This document shows positions 1 through 9,721 of a DNA stretch of 64,000 nt, in pieces. A program made the position numbers and the translations under genes. The DNA comes from Mycobacteriaceae bacterium (GTDB lineage: Bacteria; Actinomycetota; Actinomycetes; Mycobacteriales; Mycobacteriaceae). Numbering within the stretch: the first letter of the stretch is position 1; each line of letters starts with the position of its first letter. The stretch covers positions 15,768 to 79,767 of the forward strand of contig JBGANR010000020.1 of assembly GCA_044222225.1 (NCBI GenBank). Reading direction: 5' to 3'. The notes beneath the pieces are model-generated. The model made no database searches. It had not been told where the DNA came from and saw only the letters and a list, made by a program, of their open reading frames with translations.

Positions 1-794
1 GCAACGTTCTCGACGAGGTCGACGCGGAGAACATCGTCGTCTTCAACGGCGACGTGCTCGGCGGCACCGACATCGGCGCCGTCGTCGACACGCACGTCAC
101 CTCGGGTGCGGACGTCACGCTGCACCTCGTGCGGGTCGGCGATCCGCGCGCGTTCGGCTGCGTCCCGACGGACGCGGACGGCCGAGTCACGGCCTTCCTC
201 GAGAAGACCCAGGATCCGCCGACGGACCAGATCAACGCCGGTTGCTACGTCTTCCGCCGCGAGATCATCGAGAAGATCCCCACCGGACGGCCGGTGTCGG
301 TGGAACGCGAGGTGTTCCCGGCGCTGCTCACCGAGGGCCGCCACATCCAGGGTTATGTCGACGCCGCGTACTGGCGTGACATGGGCACCCCGGAGGACTT
401 CGTCCGCGGCTCGGCAGACCTCGTCCGGGGCATCGCCCCCTCGCCGGCGCTGCCGGGTGCGCGCGGTGAATCGCTTGTACACGACGGGGCGGGCATCGCG
501 CCGGGTGTGCTGCTCATCGGCGGCACCGTCGTCGGTCGCGGCGCCGAGGTGGGTGCGGGCGCCCGGCTCGACGGTGCGGTCGTCTTCGACGGGGCCAAGA
601 TCGAGGCCGGGGCCGTCATCGAGCGCTCGATCATCGGCTTCGGTGCGCGCATCGGGCCGCGGGCGCTGATCCGTGACGGCGTCATCGGCGACGGCGCCGA
701 CATCGGAGCGCGCTGCGAGCTGCTGCGTGGCGCCAGGGTGTGGCCCGGCGTGATGTTGCCCGACAACGGCGTGCGGTTCTCCTCCGACGTCTGA
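1..794 (+). CDS. 3' part of nucleotidyl-transferase with C-terminal left-handed beta-helix (mannose-1-phosphate guanylyltransferase-like; gene begins upstream of the window)
   Basis: Reading frame is open from the window edge. The translation is a hexapeptide-repeat region (GGTVVGRGAEVGAGARLDGAVVFDGAKIEAGAVIERSIIGFGARIG) preceded by a sugar-nucleotidyl-transferase core (YWRDMGTPEDF), as recalled for GDP-mannose pyrophosphorylase-type enzymes. Confidence 0.7.
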   Translation, partial: NVLDEVDAENIVVFNGDVLGGTDIGAVVDTHVTSGADVTLHLVRVGDPRAFGCVPTDADGRVTAFLEKTQDPPTDQINAGCYVFRREIIEKIPTGRPVSVEREVFPALLTEGRHIQGYVDAAYWRDMGTPEDFVRGSADLVRGIAPSPALPGARGESLVHDGAGIAPGVLLIGGTVVGRGAEVGAGARLDGAVVFDGAKIEAGAVIERSIIGFGARIGPRALIRDGVIGDGADIGARCELLRGARVWPGVMLPDNGVRFSSDV

Positions 795-858
795 ATCCGC
801 TTCCGACGTCTGGTCTGTACGCGGCGGTCGGGCCCGGCTTCCGGCCGGCCGCGGTGGG

Positions 859-1512
859 TCAGGCGTTCGGGTCGGCGGGCGCCTTCGCCGCGACGAGGAG
901 CCCCTTGCCGAGGGGGAGGACGACGGGCAGCAGGGACTCGTCCTCGGCGACGATGCGCGCCGCCTCCCGCGCGGCGAGGCTGCCGGGGTCGCGCCGCTTC
1001 GGGTCGGCCGCGCCGCCGTCGGCGCCTGTGTTGTGGACGATGAGAATGCCGCCGGGGCGCAGCAGGCGCAGCGCGGCGACCACGTAGTCCGGCTGGTCGA
1101 GCGGCCGGGAGTCGATGAAGATGAGGTCGTAGGACGCCTCGGACAGTCGCGGCAACACCTCGCGGGCGCGGCCGTTGATGAGGCGTGCGCGGCGCGCGGG
1201 GATGCCGGCGGCGGTGAACGACTGCCGTGCCGCGGCATGGTGTTCGGCCTCCGCGTCGATGCTGGTGAGCACGCCGTCGGTCATGCCGGAGAGCAGCCAG
1301 AGACCGCTGACGCCGCCGCCGGTGCCGATCTCGACCACGGCGTGCGCGTCGACGGCGCGGGCGAGCATGGCCAGCGTCGCTCCGACGGCGGGGGTGACGG
1401 TCGGGGCGCCGAGGTCCTCGGCCCGCTCACGTGCGGCGAGCAGCGCCTCGTCCTCGACGATCGCCGCCTCGGCGAAGGCCGTCAGGTCGGGATCCGCAGG
1501 TGTTTCAGCCAC
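859..1512 (-). CDS. class I SAM-dependent O-methyltransferase (caffeoyl-CoA OMT-like)
   Basis: 217 aa with GTG start. Contains the SAM-binding motif VVEIGTGGGVSGLWL and IFIDSRP, the typical O-MTase family 3 layout. Sits next to the sigE locus as in mycobacteria. Confidence 0.75.
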   Translation of the reverse strand: MAETPADPDLTAFAEAAIVEDEALLAARERAEDLGAPTVTPAVGATLAMLARAVDAHAVVEIGTGGGVSGLWLLSGMTDGVLTSIDAEAEHHAAARQSFTAAGIPARRARLINGRAREVLPRLSEASYDLIFIDSRPLDQPDYVVAALRLLRPGGILIVHNTGADGGAADPKRRDPGSLAAREAARIVAEDESLLPVVLPLGKGLLVAAKAPADPNA

Positions 1513-1626
1513 GTGGTGACCTTATACGCCACGCAGCCCCGAGCGGGGCCGTCGGCTCTCAGGTAACACTCAGGACACTCAAATGCTCGCCATATCAACA
1601 TGGGGTTGAGTGATGGTTACTCGCGG

Positions 1627-1652
1627 GGAATACCGCCGAGTTCGACGGTGTT
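1627..1652 (+). promoter_or_regulatory. candidate ECF-type (SigH/SigE-like) promoter upstream of sigE: GGAAT-N18-GTT
   Basis: GGAAT at 1627-1631 and GTT at 1650-1652, separated by 18 nt, about 60 nt upstream of the sigE start. Resembles the GGAAC/T-N16-19-GTT consensus of group IV sigma promoters. Confidence 0.3.
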
Positions 1653-1712
1653 GGCTGTCGGTAGGCCGGGCTTGCACCCTGACGGTGCGGCGCGACACGG
1701 AAGGGATCTGGC

Positions 1713-2327
1713 ATGACGAGCATCGAGGGCGGCGGACGAACGGATGCGCAAGCCCTGCAGGGCACCGCGCGATTCGACGCGACCGGGGATGCCACGTTGA
1801 TGCCGTCGTGGGAGGAACTCGTCGCGGAGCACGCCGACCGTGTCTACCGCTTGGCCTACCGGCTCTCGGGCGATCAGCAGGACGCCGAGGACCTCACCCA
1901 GGAGACGTTCATCCGGGTCTTCAAATCTCTGCAGTCCTACCAGCCCGGCACCTTCGAGGGCTGGCTGCACCGCATCACGACGAACCTGTTCCTGGACATG
2001 GTCCGGCGCCGGGCGCGGATCAGGATGGAGGCTCTGCCGGAGGACTACGACCGGGTGCGCAGCGACGACCCCGATCCCGAGCAGATCTACCACGACGCCA
2101 ACCTCGACGCCGACCTGCAGCGGGCACTCGATGCGCTGGCTCCCGAGTTCCGCGCCGCGATCGTGCTCTGTGACATCGAGGGTCTCTCGTACGACGAGAT
2201 CGCGACCACCCTGGGCGTCAAGCTCGGCACGGTGCGCAGTCGAATCCACCGTGGCCGGGCAGCTCTGCGCGAGCAGTTGGCGGCCGCAGGACACCATTCG
2301 ATGCGCTCGGTGACAGCCGCGATCTGA
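1713..2327 (+). CDS. sigE: ECF RNA polymerase sigma factor SigE
   Basis: 204 aa with ATG start and RBS GGAAGGGA. Sigma-70 region 2 ([14 protein letters not shown]) and region 4 HTH ([25 protein letters not shown]). Followed by an anti-sigma factor, a protease and tatB, as in the mycobacterial sigE locus. Confidence 0.9.
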   Translation: MTSIEGGGRTDAQALQGTARFDATGDATLMPSWEELVAEHADRVYRLAYRLSGDQQDAEDLTQETFIRVFKSLQSYQPGTFEGWLHRITTNLFLDMVRRRARIRMEALPEDYDRVRSDDPDPEQIYHDANLDADLQRALDALAPEFRAAIVLCDIEGLSYDEIATTLGVKLGTVRSRIHRGRAALREQLAAAGHHSMRSVTAAI

Positions 2328-2532
2328 CGCGGATCTGCGCCGCCTCGCCGGTGCCGAACAGCCCGGCTCCCCGAATTCCCTTGGGGCCGTTGGTGTCTCC
2401 GCGGGACCGCCGAAAGGATGAAATTCCGCGCTACTGTGGGGAACTGATCGTGGGAGTGGGTCGTTAACTCTTTCGTGAGATCGAGTGGCGCCACGTCGGA
2501 CGGCGTCCCGGAGGCAGGCGGAGGTGGAGTCG

Positions 2533-2940
2533 ATGACGATCGATGAGCGCGGTGATCGCCGCCGGTGGGCTTGGGTGCCCTCATCGATGATCTCGCCGAA
2601 TCCGGACCACCGCCCCCCGGGCAGCGTCGGCGGTCGTCCCTTCCGATCGACGGAGCATCTCTCCACCGAGGCCGTCGCGGCATACGTCGACGGCGAACTG
2701 CCGATGGCGGCGTTTCAGCGCGCGGACGAGCATCTGATCCGCTGTCCGCAGTGCCGCGCCGAGGTCGACGCGCAGCGCGCCGCGAGTACGCGGCTGCGCC
2801 AGTCCGGTGAGATCACGATCCCGGCGTCGTTGCTGGGGCAGCTGTCCCGGATTCCGCAGGAGGCCTCCCGTGGGCACCTCGACGCACCGGGCTTCCCCGT
2901 TCTGCCCGCCGACCAGCGCAACCGCCGACGCGGGCGCTGA
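2533..2940 (+). CDS. rseA: zinc-binding anti-sigma factor RseA-like
   Basis: Anti-sigma motif HLSTEAVAAYVDGEL...HLIRCPQCRAEV (HxxxCxxC). Lies immediately downstream of sigE. The ATG at 2533 has a GGAGGTGGAG RBS; the ORF-track start at 2485 lacks one. Confidence 0.7.
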   Translation: MTIDERGDRRRWAWVPSSMISPNPDHRPPGSVGGRPFRSTEHLSTEAVAAYVDGELPMAAFQRADEHLIRCPQCRAEVDAQRAASTRLRQSGEITIPASLLGQLSRIPQEASRGHLDAPGFPVLPADQRNRRRGR

Positions 2941-3052
2941 CACACGTCTGTCCCGAACGCACTCCGACGTGCTCGGTATCGGGGCGATGCGCGCGGGCCG
3001 GACTCGACGCGTCCGGTACGTTCGATGACGGTTCCCGCGGAACGCGGGGTGG

Positions 3053-4552
3053 GTGAGCGAAGGGACGGGAGTGTCGGACGCCGGTGATCCCAGTGCTGAT
3101 ACCGCAGTAGAAGACGTGACCTCCACCGCCGGTCCCCGCGCCGTGCCACCTGCCGTGGCCGCTGTTTTCGGACGGCCGTCGGGGGTCCGTGGATCGTTCG
3201 AGACGGCGTCGTACACGGCTGCCGGGCGCCGGAGCGGGGGGCTCGAGCCCGTCGTCGCTCCGCCGGATCCGATCCTCGCCGAAGCCTTCGGACGTCCGCC
3301 GGGAACCGCCGAATCGCTGCCGCGTGACCCGCACGCTCGCTTCGGTGAGGAAGCCGAGGCCGAGCCCGAGTCGCCGTGGCGCGATCCCGAGGCGCCGGCG
3401 CTCCTCGGTGCGCCGGCCGTCGTCCGGGCGCTCGAGACGGCCGTTCCGCCGCCCGCGGCCAAGCTGACGGCGGGCGAGGTGTTCTTCGGGCGACGCATCA
3501 CCTGGCAGGCGTACGTGATCCTCGGTGCTGCGGCGCTCGTCGTCGCGCTCGTCGGCGGTCTCATGGGCAGGATGACGGCCGAGGTCGTCGAGCCGCTGCA
3601 CTCCGACAACGTGACTCTGGCGGCCCCCGCGCCTGGCGAAGCGCCGGCCACCGATGTCGAGCGCGTCGCCGCCGAGGCCGCGCGGTCGGTCGTCACGATC
3701 TACGTCGCCACCTCGTCGTCGCTGGAGACCGGCTCGGGCTCGGTCATCGACGAGCGCGGCTACGTCCTCACCAACAACCACGTCGTCGAGCGCGCCGCGA
3801 CGAATCCCGACGCGAAACTGACCCTGCGCTTCGTCGACGGCACCGAGCGGCCGTGGCGGCTCGTCGGGCGGGACCCGACGTCCGACATCGCCGTCGTCAA
3901 GGTCGACGGCGTCGACAATCTCAAGGTCGCGACGTTCGGCGACTCCGACGCGCTCAAGGTCGGGCAGCGGGTGGTCGCCATCGGCGCCCCGCGCGGGCTG
4001 ACGACGACCGTCACCAGCGGCATCGTCAGCGCCGTTCGCCGGGCCGTCATCGGACCGACGGAGAATCCGGGCGACGTCCCGGCGGTACTCGACGCCGTGC
4101 AGACCGACGCGGCCGTCAACCCCGGCAACTCCGGTGGTCCGCTGCTGGATGCCGAGGCGCGGATCATCGGCGTCAACACCCTGGCGAAGACGACGTCCGG
4201 CGGCACCCAGGGACTCAACTTCGCCGTGCCGGCCAACTGGGCGCGGTCCGTCGCCGAGTCGCTCATCCGTGACGGCCGGATCACTCATCCGACGATCGGG
4301 GTGACGGCCCGAGACGTCACGAACGACACGGTCCGCGGCGCCGCGATCGCCGACGTCAAGAAGGATTCGCCGGGGGAGCGCGCCGGGTTGCGCGAGGGCG
4401 ACGTCGTGGTGAAGTTCGGTTCGCGGGACGTCGCCGACGCCGCGGAGCTCATGGTGGCCGTGCGCACGTCGAAGGCGGACGCCGAGAGCGACGTCGAATA
4501 CATCCGCGACGGCCGCCGGCTGACGACGAAGATCACGCCCCGCTCGGAATGA
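3053..4552 (+). CDS. htrA: HtrA/DegP-family serine protease (trypsin-like domain plus PDZ)
   Basis: 499 aa with GTG start. Has a TM segment ([16 protein letters not shown]), the catalytic motifs TNNHVV, DIAVVKV and GNSGGPLL, and a C-terminal PDZ region. The sigE-rseA-htrA-tatB order matches mycobacteria. Confidence 0.85.
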   Translation: MSEGTGVSDAGDPSADTAVEDVTSTAGPRAVPPAVAAVFGRPSGVRGSFETASYTAAGRRSGGLEPVVAPPDPILAEAFGRPPGTAESLPRDPHARFGEEAEAEPESPWRDPEAPALLGAPAVVRALETAVPPPAAKLTAGEVFFGRRITWQAYVILGAAALVVALVGGLMGRMTAEVVEPLHSDNVTLAAPAPGEAPATDVERVAAEAARSVVTIYVATSSSLETGSGSVIDERGYVLTNNHVVERAATNPDAKLTLRFVDGTERPWRLVGRDPTSDIAVVKVDGVDNLKVATFGDSDALKVGQRVVAIGAPRGLTTTVTSGIVSAVRRAVIGPTENPGDVPAVLDAVQTDAAVNPGNSGGPLLDAEARIIGVNTLAKTTSGGTQGLNFAVPANWARSVAESLIRDGRITHPTIGVTARDVTNDTVRGAAIADVKKDSPGERAGLREGDVVVKFGSRDVADAAELMVAVRTSKADAESDVEYIRDGRRLTTKITPRSE

Positions 4553-4595
4553 CGGCCGACCGACCGGTCGTCGTCGCGCGGGTACCCTGAGTCGC

Positions 4596-5024
4596 GTGTT
4601 CGCGAACATCGGCTGGGGCGAGATGGCCATCCTCGTAGTGGCCGGACTCGTCATTCTCGGACCCGAGCGACTGCCCGGCGCGGTCACGTGGACGATGCGA
4701 TCCATCCGTCAGGCCAAGGACTACGCGACGGGCGCGACCGAGGGACTGCGCAAGGAGATGGGCAGCGACTTCGACGACCTGCGAGAGCCGATCGCCCAGC
4801 TCAACGAGCTGCGGCAGATGACGCCCCGCGCGATCATCACCAAACATGTGTTCGACGGTGACGACCGTCAGATCCGCGATCTGGAGAAGAGCGCGACCTC
4901 GGTCGTCGGTGATGTCAAGGACGCTCTGGATCCGCACAAGCTCGTCGGCGGCGCGGCGGCGCCGAACATCCCGCCGCCGGCGCGGCGGGCGGTCGCGGTG
5001 CGGTTCGACCCGGACGCGACGTAG
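4596..5024 (+). CDS. tatB: Sec-independent protein translocase subunit TatB
   Basis: 142 aa with GTG start. N-terminal TatA/B signature [27 protein letters not shown] followed by an amphipathic helix. Confidence 0.8.
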   Translation: MFANIGWGEMAILVVAGLVILGPERLPGAVTWTMRSIRQAKDYATGATEGLRKEMGSDFDDLREPIAQLNELRQMTPRAIITKHVFDGDDRQIRDLEKSATSVVGDVKDALDPHKLVGGAAAPNIPPPARRAVAVRFDPDAT

Positions 5025-5046
5025 CCGCGATCGCTCGCCCTTGTCG

Positions 5047-6183
5047 TCAGCCGCGGCGCGTCGTGTCGATGCCCAGGCTCATGCCCGCGAGGCCGCGGCG
5101 GCGGACGGCCAGGCGGTCGGCGATCGCTCGCAGGGCGATGGCCGACTCGGATTCGGGATGGCCGATGACGACGGGGGTTCCGGAGTCGCCGCCTTCTCGT
5201 AGGACGGTCTCCAGCGGTACCGAGCCGAGCAGCGGCACGTCGGCGCCGACGGCCCGGCTGAGACGCTCGGAGACCTGCTGGCCGCCGCCCGCGCCGAAGG
5301 GCTCCATGCGGGTGCCGTCGGGCAGCGTCAGCCACGACATGTTCTCGACGACGCCGAGCACGCGCTGGCGCGTCTGCAGCGCGATGGCGCCGGCGCGCTC
5401 GGCGACCTCGGCGGCGGCCTGCTGCGGCGTCGTCACCACGAGGATCTCGGAGCTGGGCAGGTACTGGGCCAGCGAGATCGCGATGTCGCCGGTGCCGGGC
5501 GGCAGGTCGAGGAGCAGGACGTCGAGATCGCCCCAGTAGACGTCGGTGAGGAACTGCCGCAGCGCGCGGTCGAGCATCGGCCCGCGCCACACGACCGGGA
5601 CGTTGCCCTTGGTGAACTGTGCGACGGAGATGAACCGGACGCCGTAGGCGATGGGCGGCATGATCATCGACTCGACGCGCGTCGGCGGTGCGTCGTTGCC
5701 CAGCATGCGCTGGATGGAATGGCCGTAGATGTCGGCGTCGAGCACTCCGACGGACAGGCCCTTCGCGGCGAGCGCGACGGCGAGGTTGACCGTGACGCTC
5801 GACTTGCCGACGCCGCCCTTACCGGACGCGACGGCGTACACCCTGGTCAAGGAACCGGGCTGAGAGAAGGGGATGACGGGCTCGGCGGCGTCGCCGCGCA
5901 GCGTGCGGCGCAGCTCGGCGCGCTGTTCGTCGTTCATGACGTCGAGTTCGACCCGGACCGTGCCCACTCCGGGGACGTCGGCCGCCGCCTTCATCACACG
6001 ATCGGAGATCTGGGTGCGCATCGGGCAGCCGGACGTCGTCAGGTAGACGGCCACGTCGACGCTGCCGTCGGGGTGAGCGGTGATCGACTTGAGCATGCCG
6101 ATCTCGGTGATGGGCTTGCCGATCTCGGGGTCGATGACCCCGGCCATCGCGGCGCGGATCGCGGCTTCGTCGGGTGCGGTCAC
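5047..6183 (-). CDS. mrp: Mrp/ApbC Fe-S cluster carrier ATPase
   Basis: N-terminal DUF59-like segment (VIDPEIGKPITEIGML), P-loop GKGGVGKSS and the CPxC-type motif of Mrp/NBP35. Start placed at the GTG at 6183 (VTAPDEA); the 73 codons further upstream in the ORF track are an Arg/Ser/Pro-rich read-through. Confidence 0.8.
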   Translation of the reverse strand: MTAPDEAAIRAAMAGVIDPEIGKPITEIGMLKSITAHPDGSVDVAVYLTTSGCPMRTQISDRVMKAAADVPGVGTVRVELDVMNDEQRAELRRTLRGDAAEPVIPFSQPGSLTRVYAVASGKGGVGKSSVTVNLAVALAAKGLSVGVLDADIYGHSIQRMLGNDAPPTRVESMIMPPIAYGVRFISVAQFTKGNVPVVWRGPMLDRALRQFLTDVYWGDLDVLLLDLPPGTGDIAISLAQYLPSSEILVVTTPQQAAAEVAERAGAIALQTRQRVLGVVENMSWLTLPDGTRMEPFGAGGGQQVSERLSRAVGADVPLLGSVPLETVLREGGDSGTPVVIGHPESESAIALRAIADRLAVRRRGLAGMSLGIDTTRRG

Positions 6184-6220
6184 TCGTTCGACCCTACCGG
6201 TGGCCTCGCGGCCGCCGGTG

Positions 6221-7168
6221 TCACGGCCACTTCGGGGGCGGCGGCAGGCAGAAGATGACGCAGGGCGGCTTCGGCTTCGCACTCGACGACGGCGGCTGCT
6301 TGGGCTTCGTGCTCGACGGCTTCGACGAGGACGACGACGGCGTCGACTCCGGGGCCGGACGGCGCGTGCGATCGCCGGGCGTCGGGACGACGCCGGTGGC
6401 ATACGCGGCGGCCCAGGTCAGCACGTCGTGCACGTAGTCGGCGGAATGGTTGTAGGTGAAGACGGCCCGGTTCTGCTCGGGCTCCCCGGTGAGGTCGCGG
6501 GCTGCGGCGCAGAGATAGCGCGCGGCGGCGAAGGTCGCGTCGAAGGCGTTCTGCGGATCGGTCCTGCCGTCGCCGTTGGCGTCGACGCCCCACCGGTTCC
6601 AGGTCCCGGGCATGAACTGCATCGGGCCGACGGCGCGGTCGTACTCCTTGTCGTCGTCGAAACGTCCGCCGTCGGTGTCGCGGACGACCTCGTGTCCGGG
6701 CAGATGGCCGTCGAGCCGGGGGCCGCGGATCGGGGTGAGCGTGGTGCCCGAGTCGTCGACGTTGCCGCTCGACGCGTGGCCGGACTCGATGCGGCCGATC
6801 CCCGCCAGCAGATACCAGGGGATGACGCAGCCCTCGCCTTTCGCGCGTTCGGCCGCCAGCTTGTACGCGTTCAGGACGATTCCGGGGATGCCGAGCGGGC
6901 CGTCCGGAATGCCGACGGCGCGCCGCCGTTCGACGGGGACGGGTGCGGGGCGGCTCGGGCGCGGGGCGGGCGGCCGGAGGACCGGTGCACGTCGCGCCGC
7001 CGGAGGGGTGACGACGACGGCGTCGGCGGCTGAGGGAACGGCGACGGCGGCGGCGACCGGTGCTTCGAGGGAGTCGGGTGAGGCGCTTGCGCTGACGGAC
7101 GAGAGGACCGTCGTTCCGACGAGCGCGGCCCCGATGATTCCGATGAGTCCTCGCCCGCCAAGTCTCAT
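6221..7168 (-). CDS. secreted transglycosylase SLT-domain protein
   Basis: Start at the internal ATG (MRLGGRGLIGIIGAAL, a signal/TM segment) with a GGGGAGGA RBS. SLT-like core (YLLAGIGRIESGH ... VGPMQFMPGTW). Pro/Ser/Lys-rich C-terminal tail. Confidence 0.6.
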   Translation of the reverse strand: MRLGGRGLIGIIGAALVGTTVLSSVSASASPDSLEAPVAAAVAVPSAADAVVVTPPAARRAPVLRPPAPRPSRPAPVPVERRRAVGIPDGPLGIPGIVLNAYKLAAERAKGEGCVIPWYLLAGIGRIESGHASSGNVDDSGTTLTPIRGPRLDGHLPGHEVVRDTDGGRFDDDKEYDRAVGPMQFMPGTWNRWGVDANGDGRTDPQNAFDATFAAARYLCAAARDLTGEPEQNRAVFTYNHSADYVHDVLTWAAAYATGVVPTPGDRTRRPAPESTPSSSSSKPSSTKPKQPPSSSAKPKPPCVIFCLPPPPKWP

Positions 7169-7285
7169 CCCGCGCGTCCTCCCCACAGACGACCGATTAA
7201 CGTGACCCAGGGTACAGATATCTTCGGCCATGTCTATAGGCACATGGTGCCGCCGCCGACGTCGCGGCCTCACCGGCCCCGTGCG

Positions 7286-7783
7286 TCACTTGCGTCCCGA
7301 ACGGTCCTCTCGCTGGTCGTACGCGAGCTCGTCGCGCAGTTCCTCCAGCTCGCGACGCAGCCAGTCGCGGGTCGCGACCTCGCCCAGCGCCAGCCGGACG
7401 GCGGCGAGCTCGCGGGCCAGGAACTCGGTGTCGGCCTTCGTCTGCTCGGCGCGCTGCCGGTCCTCTTCGAGCGCGATGCGGTCGCGATTCTCCTGCCGAT
7501 TCTGGGCGAGCAGGATGAGCGGTGCGGCGTAGGCCGCCTGCGTCGAGAAGGCGAGGTTGAGCAGGATGAAGGGGTACGGGTCCCATCGCTGACTCACCCA
7601 GAGGATGTTGAGGGCGATCCAGACGATGACGAAGATCGTCTGCATCGCGAGATATCGTCCGGTACCGAGGAAGCGCGCGACGCTCTCGGCGTACTGACCG
7701 ACGATGTCGGCGTTGAACCGGAAGCGCGGGCCCCGCCGCGAACTCGGTTGATCGAGGTGCCGTCCGCCGCGCTCCTTGGCCAT
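7286..7783 (-). CDS. DUF1003-family membrane protein
   Basis: 165 aa with two TM helices (QTIFVIVWIALNILWV; AAYAAPLILLAQN) followed by a coiled-coil, charged C-terminus. This architecture is recalled for DUF1003. Confidence 0.55.
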   Translation of the reverse strand: MAKERGGRHLDQPSSRRGPRFRFNADIVGQYAESVARFLGTGRYLAMQTIFVIVWIALNILWVSQRWDPYPFILLNLAFSTQAAYAAPLILLAQNRQENRDRIALEEDRQRAEQTKADTEFLARELAAVRLALGEVATRDWLRRELEELRDELAYDQREDRSGRK

Positions 7784-7859
7784 TTAGGCGTCCTCCCGAT
7801 CGTCGTGGCGCGGCTTGGTCCGCTGCATGCGGGAGAGGGCGTCGAAGACTCGGGGCATC

Positions 7860-9146
7860 TCAGGCGTCCTCCCGATCATCACTGTGGAACTCGATCTCGC
7901 GCCAGTCGCGGGGGAGCAGGTGATCGAGGACGTCGTCGACGGTGACGGCGCCCAGCAGGTGTCCGGAGGTGTCGATGACGGGCCCGCAGACGAGGTTGTA
8001 GCGGGCGAAGTAGCGGGTCACCTCCTCGAGGGGGTCGTCGGGAGCGAGCGTCGGCAGATTCGCGTCGATGATGCCGCTGGCGAGCGTCGCCGGCGGTTCG
8101 CGCAGCAGCGCCTGGAGGTGCACGCAGCCGAGGTAGGTGCCGGTCGGCGTCGCCGTGGGCGGCCGGACGACAAACGCCATGCTCGCGATCGCCGGCGTCA
8201 GATCGGGGTGCCGTGCCCGGGCGAGCGCCTCGGCGACGGTCGTCCGCGCGTCGACGATGAGCGGTTCGGGCGTCATCAGGCCGCCCGCGGTGTCCGGCGA
8301 GTGGATGAGCAGGCGGCGGACGGGTTCGGACTCCTGCGGGTCCATCGTCGCGAGCAGGCTCTCCGCCTGCGCGGCGCCGAGGGCGCCGAGCAGATCGGCG
8401 ACGTCATCGGCGTCCATCGCGTCGAGGATGTGGCCGGCGCGGCGGCGGTCGAGCGTCGTGATGAGTTGACGTTGCTCGTCGACGGGCAGCTCCTGGATGA
8501 CGTCGGCGAGCTTCTCGTCCGACAGCGCGGCGACGAGTTCGGCGCGTCCTCGGGCGGGCAGGTCGTGGAGGGTGTGTGCGACGTCGGCGGGGCGCAGGCC
8601 CTCGAGCTGGTCGAGCAGCGATGCGACGGTCGTCGCGGCGCCGGCGATCTGGCCGGCGGCCAGGCCGTCGACGAGACTCCACTCGACGAGCACGATGTCG
8701 CCGCGGCGCAGGCCGACGCGGGCGGCGCGGACGGCCACCGTTCCGATCGTCCAGTCCCGGGTGCGGCCCTGCTCGATCCGGACGTCGACCACGGCGACGG
8801 TCTGCCCGGCGAGCGCCGGCAGCTCCGGGTCGCGGACCCGGACCCTTGTGCCGACCAGCTGAGCGAGGGCGAACGCCTCGCCGGCGCGCAGATGCAGCGG
8901 GCGCAGCGAGACACTGCCCGTGTTGAGGGTCACGGCGTGCGGATCGACGGCCGTCACCCGCAGCATGGGCACGAAGATCCGTCTGCGCGTGGACAGTTCG
9001 ACGGCGAGACCGAGGACCCGGGGAGGCGTTCTCGTCGCGCGGATCGCGACCACGGCGTCCCGGACGCGGCCGATCGACTCGCCGTCCGGACCGAGGACGG
9101 GCAGTCCGGCGAGGCGCGCCACGAACACCTTGTTTTCGGGGGCCAT
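7860..9146 (-). CDS. cytosolic MgtE-N domain plus tandem CBS domain protein (no transporter TM domain)
   Basis: The acidic MgtE_N-like segment (DEKLADVIQELPVDEQRQLITTLDRRRAGHILDAMDADDVADLL) is followed by CBS-like repeats, with no TM helices. Start taken at the ATG at 9146 (MAPENKVFV); the ATG at 9269 is an alternative. Confidence 0.55.
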   Translation of the reverse strand: MAPENKVFVARLAGLPVLGPDGESIGRVRDAVVAIRATRTPPRVLGLAVELSTRRRIFVPMLRVTAVDPHAVTLNTGSVSLRPLHLRAGEAFALAQLVGTRVRVRDPELPALAGQTVAVVDVRIEQGRTRDWTIGTVAVRAARVGLRRGDIVLVEWSLVDGLAAGQIAGAATTVASLLDQLEGLRPADVAHTLHDLPARGRAELVAALSDEKLADVIQELPVDEQRQLITTLDRRRAGHILDAMDADDVADLLGALGAAQAESLLATMDPQESEPVRRLLIHSPDTAGGLMTPEPLIVDARTTVAEALARARHPDLTPAIASMAFVVRPPTATPTGTYLGCVHLQALLREPPATLASGIIDANLPTLAPDDPLEEVTRYFARYNLVCGPVIDTSGHLLGAVTVDDVLDHLLPRDWREIEFHSDDREDA

Positions 9147-9223
9147 ACGATGAAGCGTATTGCGGATCGTCCGCGATGGGACCAGGGGCTCGAAGGTCGC
9201 GATTTCTCGGGAGGGCTTCGGAC

Positions 9224-9718
9224 GTGAGCAACCAGTTCGGTGGAGGACGACGGCAGGAGATGCCGACACCGCCGCGGGGGTGGCCGATCGGCTCCTATGA
9301 GACGTATGCCGAGGCGCAGCGCGCCGTCGACTTCTTGTCGGACGGCCAGTTCCCGGTGGAGGACGTGACGATCGTCGGCGTCGACCTCATGCAGGTCGAG
9401 CGGGTGCTCGGCCGTCTGACCTGGGCGAAGGTGATCGGCGGCGGTGTCATCTCGGGCGCCTGGCTCGGTTCGTTCTTCGCCCTCATCGGCGGGCTCGTCG
9501 TCGGCGAGATCTGGGCGTTCCTCTTCGTCGGCGTGACGGCCGGCATCGCGTTCGGCGTGGTGACGGCGGCCGTTCCGTACGCCGCCAGCCGGGGGCGTCG
9601 GGACTTCGCCTCGACCATGCAGCTCGTGGCGCGTCGCTACGACGTGCTCTGCGAGCCGCGGAACGCCGAACGCGGGCGCGAACTGCTCACGACGCTGCAG
9701 CAGCGGCCGCCGGGCTGA
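9224..9718 (+). CDS. conserved small membrane protein (two TM helices)
   Basis: GTG at 9224 preceded by GGGAGGG. Soluble N-terminal segment (PRGWPIGSYETYAEAQRAVDFL), then two hydrophobic helices (VIGGGVISGAWLGSFFALIGGLVVG; FLFVGVTAGIAFGVVTAAV). Confidence 0.5.
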   Translation: MSNQFGGGRRQEMPTPPRGWPIGSYETYAEAQRAVDFLSDGQFPVEDVTIVGVDLMQVERVLGRLTWAKVIGGGVISGAWLGSFFALIGGLVVGEIWAFLFVGVTAGIAFGVVTAAVPYAASRGRRDFASTMQLVARRYDVLCEPRNAERGRELLTTLQQRPPG

Positions 9719-9721
9719 GCG

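Noticed and set aside
2581-4705. 371-aa and 630-aa minus-strand ORFs overlapping rseA and htrA
   Set aside because: Antisense shadow ORFs (Arg/Ala/Gly/Ser-rich, no motifs) opposite well-supported sigE-locus genes.
6184-6402. 73-codon Arg/Ser/Pro-rich N-terminal extension of mrp
   Set aside because: Composition typical of GC-rich read-through. The conserved Mrp N-terminus begins at the GTG at 6183 (VTAPDEAAIRAAMAGVIDPE).
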